Part shown: one piece after another, positions 7,866 through 14,870 of the stretch
Position numbering within the stretch: the stretch's first letter is position 1
Layout: the number at the start of each line of letters is the position of its first letter
Assembly (NCBI GenBank): GCA_964495015.1
Contig: CAZBUD010000001.1
Coordinates: 69,357-133,356, forward strand
DNA length: 64,000 nucleotides
Direction of reading: 5' to 3'
From: an uncultured Enterobacteriaceae bacterium
GTDB taxonomy: Bacteria > Desulfobacterota > Binatia > Bin18
The notes under the pieces: model-generated
Databases searched by the model: none
The model's input: only the letters and a program-made list of their open reading frames with translations
Told to the model about the DNA's origin: nothing
Position numbers and translations under genes: made by a program

Positions 7866-10232
7866 GTGGAAGAGTTTACGCCAAAGATAGTTGGTGCGCG
7901 GGTGAAACGCAGGGAGGATCGGCGCCTCCTGACCGGCCAGGGTGCGTATGTGGACGATCATCATCTGCCGGGCATGCTTTACGCGGCCTTTCTCCGCAGC
8001 CCTCATGCACACGCACGCATCATGCAGCTTGATCCAGCTGTGGCCCAAACGCTTGAGGGCGTTATGGCCGTGGTCACGGGTGAAGAACTTGCGCGCTGGG
8101 TCAAGCCGGTTCGCGCGGCGTCGAAGATGCGCGAATATAAAGAGACCAGTTTTCCGCCGCTGGCCATTGATAAGGTGAGACATGTCGGCGAGGCCGTAGC
8201 GGTCGTTGTGGCCGAAAGCCGCTACCTGGCTGAAGATGCGCTAGAGCAAATCATTGTGGAGTATGATCCTCTCCCCGCAGTTGCCGATGCGGAAGAAGCA
8301 AGCCGAAGCGAAGCAACAGTTTTACACGAAGACGCAGGCAGCAACGTCCTCTTGTCTCGCGAATTTGTCCGAGGCGATGTGGATGCAGCGGTAGAGGCGG
8401 CGGCTGTGCGTGTCCGCGCACGCTTTCGCTTCCGTCGGCACGCCGCAGTGTGTATGGAAAATCGTGGCTGCTTGGCCGACTACAATACCGGTACCTGTGA
8501 GCTGACGCTGCGCTCTGCCACCCAATGTCCAGGCCTGCTGCGAGATGCCTTGGCCGACCTGTTAGATATGCCCGAGCATCGCATTCGTGTTGTGGCCGCC
8601 GATGTAGGCGGCGGCTTTGGAGCAAAATCATCCCTCTACCCTGAAGAGATCACCCTGTGTGCGGTCACAAGACGACTTGAACGACCGATAAAGTGGATCA
8701 GCGATCGACGGGAAGATCTCATGACCTCGACCCAGGCATGGGATGAGGTGGTTGACGCCGAACTCGGCCTACAGGCTGATGGAACAATTGTCGGACTCAG
8801 AGCAAATGTCACAACAGATATTGGCGCCTACTCGATTTATCCCTGGACAGCGACGGTTGAGCCCATTCAGACCATTAGCTTTCTGTCCGGGCCGTACCGT
8901 ATGCCCGCCTATCGGGGCCGTAACCGGGGGGTCGCTACATGTAAAGCACCGATGGGGCCGTACCGTGGCGTGGGGCGTCCGATTACGACATTCGTTCTGG
9001 AAAGTCTGATGGATCGGGCTGCACGGCGACTCGATATGGACTCTGCCGAGTTGCGTCTCAAAAACTATATCCAAGCCCACGAGTTCCCGTACAAAACACC
9101 GTCCGGCCTGGTGTGGGATCAAGCCAGCCTGACCGAATGCATGCAAAAAGCGCGAGAAGTGCTGGATTATGACACAACGAAACAATGGCGCACGCAAGCT
9201 CGGGCAGAGGGCCGTTGGGTCGGGATAGGATTTGCTACCTATATTGAACTGACCGGTGTGGGTTCCGCCATTCCCGTCTCACCAGGCATGCCCATCTCTA
9301 CCGGTACCGAGGCAGCCTTTCTTCGCGTCGATCCATCAGGAACCGTGACTGCAACGTTTAGCGTTGCTCCCCAAGGTCAGGGGCATGAAACTGCCCTGGC
9401 GCAGGTTGTCGCGGATGCACTTGGCGTTTCCTTGGACGACGTACGTATTATTTGCGGGGATACTGCTCTTGCTCCACAAGGGACGGGAACCTATGCCAGC
9501 CGAAGTGCCGTGTTAGCAGGCGGAGCAGCCATACGCGCGGGCCAGACGCTTAAAGAGAAAGCACTCAAAATTGCTGGCCATATGATGGAGAGCAATCCAG
9601 CTGATCTTGATATGCAAGACAGCCAGGTCTTCGTACCTGAAAAGCCGGAGCGTACTCTTCCCTTTCGTGATGTCGCCAAGACCGCGTACGCTGGTTTGCG
9701 ACGTCTCCCCAAAGACATGGAGCCCGGCCTAGAGGTCACGCGGTTCTACGATCCTTTCTTTGGTACAGCGTCCAGTGCTACTCACGTTGCTGTCGTGGAG
9801 GTAGATAAAGAAACCTACGAAGTGAAGATCAATCGCTATATTGTGGTTGAAGACTGCGGGCGGATTATTAATCCACTGATCGTCGACGGTCAGGTACGCG
9901 GCGGCGTAGCACAGGGCATTGGTGCGGCACTCTATGAAGAAGTTGTCTACGACGAAAAAGGCCAACTTCTGACTGGCTCACTGGTAGACTATCTCGTCCC
10001 GACCGCCTGCGAACTCCTGCCCATAGAAGTTCATCATATCGAAACCCCATCACCCACCACGCTGGGCGGCTTTCGCGGTATGGGTGAAGGCGGCACCATC
10101 GGCGCACCGGCAGCCATCGCCAATGCCGTCTCCGACGCGCTGTCTCATCTGGGGATAGAAATCAACGAAATTCCGATTACACCAGAAAAGTTGTTTCGGT
10201 TGGTGAGGGAAGCGGCAGCTAACAGACGCTAG
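7866..10232 (+). CDS. Mo-hydroxylase large (molybdopterin-binding, CoxL/XdhB-like) subunit; substrate unknown
   Basis: 788-aa ORF with a GTG start. Motifs: RREDRRLLTGQGAYVDD, ADVGGGFGAKSS and the C-terminal FRGMGEGGTIGAPAAIANAV (catalytic Glu loop). The active-site loop reads GPYRGVGRP, not the AYxCSFR loop of true CO dehydrogenase. Confidence 0.9.
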   Translation: MEEFTPKIVGARVKRREDRRLLTGQGAYVDDHHLPGMLYAAFLRSPHAHARIMQLDPAVAQTLEGVMAVVTGEELARWVKPVRAASKMREYKETSFPPLAIDKVRHVGEAVAVVVAESRYLAEDALEQIIVEYDPLPAVADAEEASRSEATVLHEDAGSNVLLSREFVRGDVDAAVEAAAVRVRARFRFRRHAAVCMENRGCLADYNTGTCELTLRSATQCPGLLRDALADLLDMPEHRIRVVAADVGGGFGAKSSLYPEEITLCAVTRRLERPIKWISDRREDLMTSTQAWDEVVDAELGLQADGTIVGLRANVTTDIGAYSIYPWTATVEPIQTISFLSGPYRMPAYRGRNRGVATCKAPMGPYRGVGRPITTFVLESLMDRAARRLDMDSAELRLKNYIQAHEFPYKTPSGLVWDQASLTECMQKAREVLDYDTTKQWRTQARAEGRWVGIGFATYIELTGVGSAIPVSPGMPISTGTEAAFLRVDPSGTVTATFSVAPQGQGHETALAQVVADALGVSLDDVRIICGDTALAPQGTGTYASRSAVLAGGAAIRAGQTLKEKALKIAGHMMESNPADLDMQDSQVFVPEKPERTLPFRDVAKTAYAGLRRLPKDMEPGLEVTRFYDPFFGTASSATHVAVVEVDKETYEVKINRYIVVEDCGRIINPLIVDGQVRGGVAQGIGAALYEEVVYDEKGQLLTGSLVDYLVPTACELLPIEVHHIETPSPTTLGGFRGMGEGGTIGAPAAIANAVSDALSHLGIEINEIPITPEKLFRLVREAAANRR

Positions 10233-10261
10233 TATGCTAGGAGGACGGAAGTAAGGAGGCT

Positions 10262-10327
10262 GTCATCCGGAGCCAGTGGCGAAGGATCTCTCTGAGGGGT
10301 CAGATTCTTCACTACGCTCAGAATGAC
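10262..10327. repeat. ~66-bp imperfect palindromic element with GTCAT...ATGAC termini (MITE/REP-like)
   Basis: gtcatccggagccagtggcgaaggatctctctgaggggtcagattcttcactacgctcagaatgac. The two halves are imperfect reverse complements. On the minus strand it translates to HSERSEES..SERSF, a peptide I recall as typical of spurious ORFs over this repeat type. Confidence 0.55.
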
Positions 10328-10889
10328 ATTGAGCGTCGAGCACCGATTTCTGTTTGATATGATTCACGAGGCACCCATTAATGAGATTCTGGTAGTTCCT
10401 CGCTGCCTTACTCGCCGCATAGGCGGGGGCCTTTGGCGTTCCTCGAAAAGCTCCTCGTGAGGAAAGTTTAACAATTTGTCCGCCTCCATTTTCTGCCATA
10501 TGTCGGGCCGCCCAGAACATGACATTTGCCGGACCGACCAGGTTAGTATCAAGCCTGCGCCGCCAGACGTCATTCCACACCTCGTACTCAACTCTCAGGG
10601 GCGGCTGCCACTCGTTGATTGCTGCGTTGTTCACAACGATATGCAGACCGCCCATCTGATCAATCACAGCCGCTAACATTTCTTCCACGGCTGTTGCGTC
10701 GGCAATATCTGCCTGGAAAATATGATGAGGTCCATCAGGCAACACAGTAAGGGTCTGTTCCGCCGCCTCTCTGTTCTGGTTGTAATCGATAGCAATATGG
10801 GCGCCCTCCTGAACAAGCTTCAGCGCGACGGAGCGACTAATGCCGCGTGACGCGCCTGTCACGAGTGCTACTTTCTCCGATAAAGCCAT
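10263..10889 (-). pseudogene. SDR-family oxidoreductase, 3'-truncated (C-terminal third replaced by the palindromic repeat)
   Basis: VALVTGASRGI, VNNAAI and S..YAASKAA motifs are present. About 90 expected residues after YxxxK are missing, replaced by unrelated sequence that runs into the repeat at 10262-10327. The start is chosen at ATG 10889 (RBS GAGGAA). Confidence 0.6.
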
Positions 10890-10908
10890 ACACATATTTC
10901 CTCATGCT

Positions 10909-11982
10909 CTACGAAGATTTCACGTCGCGCTCCGCCACAAGAGCCCGGATTCTGGGGATCAACTCTTTACCAAATTCCTGTGCGTCATTGAGTGGATCAA
11001 ACCCACGAATAAGGACGCCGCGCATACCTAAGTTGTAATAGGCGACAATAGACTCAGCCACCTGCTCGGGCGTCCCCACGAGCGCAGTCGTGTTTCCGCT
11101 TGCTCCGGAGATCTTCACCAGCCCCATCCATAAGCATTCGTCATAGACCTCTTGTGTCTCAGCAATCTCCGTGAGACGGCGGCTAAACTCGGCTTCGACT
11201 TTGAGTGGGAGTTTGGGCTTGGATTTCTCCAGACGAGCAAGGATCCCACGCGCCTTATCCCACGCTGCCCCTTCTGTTGGAGCAATAATAGGTCGTAGAG
11301 ACACATTAAAGCGGGGTTGACGCTTATGCTGAGCCGCCTGTGTGGAGATGCGATCCATCATTGCCTTCACTGAGGCGCGCGGCTCCCCAAAGAGGGCGTA
11401 TACGTCGGCGTGCTTTGCCCCAACTTGCACGGCAGCATCGGATGCACCGCCAAAATAGATCGGAACATGGGGCTGCTGTGCTGAGCCAACCTCAGAAAAA
11501 GCCTTTTTGACACGGTAATACCGTCCCTCAAAATTGAATGGTTTGTCGGACGTCCACATGCGACGAAGGATTTCCAGATATTCGTCCGTTCGCGCATAAC
11601 GCTCATCATGACTCAGCCAGTCGCCGTCACGGCGTTGCTCAACATCCGCAGTTCCAGAAATAATATGTAACCATAGTCGTCCGCCAATGAGGGAGTCGCA
11701 GGTGGCGACGGTCCGAGCGGCTAAGGTGGGCATGACAAAGCCCGGACGGTGGGCAACCAGGAAGTTGAGGCGTTCAGTGTGAACTGCCGCGTACTGCGCG
11801 ACCTGAAAGCCCTCGGCAGACGATGACGTGTAGCCGACCAATACTGAGTCGAACCCGGCCTGTTCGTGGGCTTGTGCAAAACGGCGCAGATAGGCTTGGT
11901 CGATGCCCCCACCAATCACGTGCACCGTTGCGTCGCCACCAGGCGGGGCCACGCCGATCATGCCGAGGATATTCATAGGCAT
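10909..11982 (-). CDS. LLM-class flavin-dependent monooxygenase, SsuD (alkanesulfonate monooxygenase)-like
   Basis: 357-aa ORF. LNFLVAHRPGFVMPTLAARTVATCDSLIGGRLWLHIISG..DGDWLSHDERYARTDEYLEILRRMW aligns by eye with the recalled E. coli SsuD core (LKFLVALRP..PTVAARQAATLDRLSNGR...LDHSERYE). Confidence 0.8.
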   Translation of the reverse strand: MPMNILGMIGVAPPGGDATVHVIGGGIDQAYLRRFAQAHEQAGFDSVLVGYTSSSAEGFQVAQYAAVHTERLNFLVAHRPGFVMPTLAARTVATCDSLIGGRLWLHIISGTADVEQRRDGDWLSHDERYARTDEYLEILRRMWTSDKPFNFEGRYYRVKKAFSEVGSAQQPHVPIYFGGASDAAVQVGAKHADVYALFGEPRASVKAMMDRISTQAAQHKRQPRFNVSLRPIIAPTEGAAWDKARGILARLEKSKPKLPLKVEAEFSRRLTEIAETQEVYDECLWMGLVKISGASGNTTALVGTPEQVAESIVAYYNLGMRGVLIRGFDPLNDAQEFGKELIPRIRALVAERDVKSS

Positions 11983-11991
11983 GCGATATCC

Positions 11992-12624
11992 TTATTTTCG
12001 CTTGGGACAAATACGATACGCACACCGGCGCGCACCATCCAAAATGTAGTCTGTTCGTTCGACGTGGGCCGCCCGACCAAGGGCTTTTCGAAAAACAGCG
12101 AGTTCCGATCGACACAAACCCTGACACTGCTGAGCCGCGGCACAAATCGGACAGTGATTTTCGAGCAACAGAAAGCTGCCGTCTTCACTCTGCTGCCAGT
12201 CCGCCATATAGCCTTCGGTATCCCGAAGAGCAACTAATTGTTTAATCTTGGCCTTCAGAGTTTTCGCCGAGGCTAAGGCGTTCCGATAGCGTTTGAGCGT
12301 CTCGCGTTCCCTTTGGGCAATCAGTTCTCCGAGTCCATCCTCACCAAAGACCGACCGAATCGACGTAATGAGTTCCACAGTGAGTTGAGCATGTGTGTCC
12401 GGAAACTGTTGCTGCCCCTGATCCGACATAAACCAATAGCGCTTAGGTCGACCCACCTCTTCACGCATGTCTTCGTACGCCACGAGTCCACAGTCCAGCA
12501 ATTTATTCAAATGTTGTCGAGCCCCCACCGGTGTCATCTCAAGGTACTGAGCTAATGATCCTGCTGTTTGCGGCCCATAGGTCTTCAAGCGAAAGAGAAT
12601 GCGCTCGTTTGTGTTTGATGCCAT
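11992..12624 (-). CDS. winged-helix (ArsR/SufR-like) transcriptional regulator with a C-terminal cysteine cluster
   Basis: 210-aa ORF with an N-terminal wHTH (ILFRLKTYGPQTAGSLAQYLEMTPVGARQHLNKLLDCGLV). The C-terminal sequence NHCPICAAAQQCQGLCRSEL..F...L.....VERTDYILDGARRCAYRI has a Cys spacing reminiscent of SufR-type Fe-S sensing regulators. Confidence 0.7.
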   Translation of the reverse strand: MASNTNERILFRLKTYGPQTAGSLAQYLEMTPVGARQHLNKLLDCGLVAYEDMREEVGRPKRYWFMSDQGQQQFPDTHAQLTVELITSIRSVFGEDGLGELIAQRERETLKRYRNALASAKTLKAKIKQLVALRDTEGYMADWQQSEDGSFLLLENHCPICAAAQQCQGLCRSELAVFRKALGRAAHVERTDYILDGARRCAYRICPKRK

Positions 12625-12702
12625 GAACGGACTATAGCAATGGTTTTTGCCAATACCAATAAAGAAAGTAACGAGTTGATAAATTGGATTGTATAATATA
12701 AA

Positions 12703-12714
12703 AAGTTCGAACTT
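12703..12714. promoter_or_regulatory. perfect 12-bp palindrome AAGTTCGAACTT in an AT-rich divergent promoter region; candidate operator
   Basis: Read directly. It lies 20 nt upstream of the VOC gene ATG (12735), just downstream of a TATAAT hexamer (12692-12697), between the regulator (11992..12624, minus) and the VOC genes (plus). Confidence 0.35.
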
Positions 12715-12734
12715 ATTTAATTAAAGAGGCCAAG

Positions 12735-13160
12735 ATGACGACGTGTCTCGAACACGCAAACATGACGGTTCCGGACACAGACGCGACGATTGCTTTTCTC
12801 CGAACGGTCGAGCCGAGTTTCCATGTCCGGCATGACGGGACCTCAGAGGGGGGGGGTTGCCGCAGGGCGCATATCGGTTCTAATCAGTTCTACGTTGCCC
12901 TACAGGAGCCTCATCTGGGTTCAAACGCGCAATCAGACCGTCGCCCGTACAAAGACTACGGCGTGAACCATCTGGCTTGGGTCGTCGAAGACTTTGGCGT
13001 GGTCACGGAGCGATTAGAAAAGAAAGGATATCAGAAAGGTATTCCAGTCGAGCCTCACCCGCATCGCAAACGTGCCTATTATTTCGATACGGGTAGATTT
13101 GAATGGGAAATAGTTGAATACTTGAGCGACACGCAGAAAGAGCGGAATGGCTACGCTTAG
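12735..13160 (+). CDS. VOC (glyoxalase/bleomycin-resistance/dioxygenase) family protein
   Basis: 141-aa ORF preceded by the RBS AAGAGG. LEHANMTVPD..ATIAFL and GVNHLAWVVEDF..V..RLEKKGY are paired beta-alpha-beta-beta-beta motifs. The CDS contains a G9 run at 12848-12856. Confidence 0.8.
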   Translation: MTTCLEHANMTVPDTDATIAFLRTVEPSFHVRHDGTSEGGGCRRAHIGSNQFYVALQEPHLGSNAQSDRRPYKDYGVNHLAWVVEDFGVVTERLEKKGYQKGIPVEPHPHRKRAYYFDTGRFEWEIVEYLSDTQKERNGYA

Positions 13161-13225
13161 CGGAGTGTCCCTTTTAGAGGACCGGGCAACGTGCGAACTG
13201 GCGCACCTCAGGAGGATGTTTGACT

Positions 13226-13600
13226 ATGATACCTACCAACGGCCTGAATCACCTGGCCTTACCCGTAAAGGATCCGGAGCAATCGGCGCGGTTTTATGCA
13301 GACCTATTCAGTATGGAAATCACATCCAGTTCGCCTGAGATAGCTTTCCTGAAAACTGTCGATTCTACAGATATGCTCACGCTCAATCGGTCTCAAGTAG
13401 CAATAACGTCAGGAAGAGAATCGCTGCACTTTGGATTTATCGTTACTCCAGATCAGTTCGACGCCGCTCTGCGTACCATCAAGGAGAAATTGGGCGAGAA
13501 GGTCTCGCAGCCGGGCAAACGGAGCATCGGACGCTTCATCTTTATCGCGGATCCGGACGGTTATGTGGTAGAGATTTTCGAGTGCCTTTCACCGCTTTGA
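13226..13600 (+). CDS. VOC family protein
   Basis: The start is chosen at ATG 13226, 9 nt after the RBS GGAGGA. Motifs GLNHLALPVKDPEQSARFYADLF and FIADPDGYVVEIFE. Confidence 0.8.
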   Translation: MIPTNGLNHLALPVKDPEQSARFYADLFSMEITSSSPEIAFLKTVDSTDMLTLNRSQVAITSGRESLHFGFIVTPDQFDAALRTIKEKLGEKVSQPGKRSIGRFIFIADPDGYVVEIFECLSPL

Positions 13601-13733
13601 GCATCGGGGAACCGTACCAGGGAGAGTCTCCGTTTTCGCGTTATTTGGACTCCTCGACGGAAGAGTGCAATTCGTACAGGTTTTCTTCGATAGTACTCTT
13701 CCGGGCAATTGCCATTAGCTCTGCCTGCTTCCA

Positions 13734-14579
13734 TTAATCGCGCTCAGCGACCCAACGGGCCATGGCCTGGAATTTTTCCGCTCCGTCCTTGAGTGTCGCC
13801 GCAACGTCGGTGAGGTCGTCGTAGTAGGTCTTCTCTGATCTTTCTTCCAAAACCAAGCCGGCCCGGTAGCTGTCGAGCGCCCCGCATTCGAGCAAGTCCT
13901 TATAGCGTTTCACCATCACCGGGTGGTTGTGTGACATGAGACGCGCGATGTACAGGCTCTCGCGATCAAGTTCTTCGTTGGTTGCGAATACGCGTTGTAC
14001 CAACCCCCAGTTGAAAGCGAGCTGAGCGTCAATCGGATACGCCGCCATTGTTGCAAGCTTGGCGTTGTTCATACCGCAGACCTGGGTAAGTCGCTGCGAA
14101 ATGCGACGTCCAGGGTGTACGCCGTATTTGGCGTGATTGTCCATAAAAATCGCACGTTCTGAGGCAAGAAGGACGTCGCAACATAACGCGATTTCGAAAC
14201 CACCCGTCACCGCTGGGCCGTTGATCGCACCAATGATCGGAAAGGGGCACTCCCACATCGCCCGAAACGGATCGCCGGCTGGAGTGATGCCTGCTTCCAG
14301 ATACTCATCGAGCTTACCGATATCGAGACCAACGGTGAACGCACGGCCCTCGGCACGCAATATCACGACGCGTACTCTATCGTTATTAGGATCAGGATTG
14401 CGCAAAGCCGTAATTCCGTCAAAGGCTTCAGCAATCGCACGCATAAAACCGCTGCTGAGTACGTTAAACTCGTGTGGATTGTTCATCGTCACGACGAAAA
14501 GCCCATTGTCTCCGTTCACTTCGTCGACGAGGACGCCCTCGTTTTCACCGTAGCTGGCGATGCGTGTTCGATCGGTCAT
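13734..14579 (-). CDS. enoyl-CoA hydratase/isomerase (crotonase) family protein
   Basis: 281-aa ORF preceded by the RBS AGGAGG. Motifs VVILRAEGRAFTVGLDI and PIIGAINGPAVTGGFEIALCCDVLLASE form the oxyanion-hole pattern. Confidence 0.85.
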   Translation of the reverse strand: MTDRTRIASYGENEGVLVDEVNGDNGLFVVTMNNPHEFNVLSSGFMRAIAEAFDGITALRNPDPNNDRVRVVILRAEGRAFTVGLDIGKLDEYLEAGITPAGDPFRAMWECPFPIIGAINGPAVTGGFEIALCCDVLLASERAIFMDNHAKYGVHPGRRISQRLTQVCGMNNAKLATMAAYPIDAQLAFNWGLVQRVFATNEELDRESLYIARLMSHNHPVMVKRYKDLLECGALDSYRAGLVLEERSEKTYYDDLTDVAATLKDGAEKFQAMARWVAERD

Positions 14580-14870
14580 TTCACTACCTCCTGCTTACTC
14601 CAGAGAATCGGCCCAAGGTTGTAGTATCAGTATGAAAGTTTGAGTTGTCAAAGTAATGGATAAGGCGTGGAAGTCCATCAGCTATGGGATACTCATAACA
14701 AACACATTGGACAAACACATGAGTCACGGTAGACGGGTTAGACACGCAAGAAGAGGCAGGCTATGTTCGTCCTCCGGTTCTGTGCACACAGGAATGGAGG
14801 GCTTTCGTACGGGGGAAAGAGGTTCGCATAGCCTGACTAAGTCCATTTTTCAATCCGTACTTATGAAGGT

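Noticed and set aside
7866-10232. Calling the first large subunit a bona fide CO dehydrogenase (CoxL).
   Set aside because: The active-site loop is GPYRGVGRP, not AYxCSFR, and no coxD/E/F/G genes accompany it. It is annotated only as a family member of unknown substrate.
12677-12697. TTGATA ... TATAAT as a sigma-70 promoter for the VOC genes.
   Set aside because: The two hexamers are only 10 nt apart, so only the -10-like TATAAT is noted. No confident promoter call can be made from the sequence alone.
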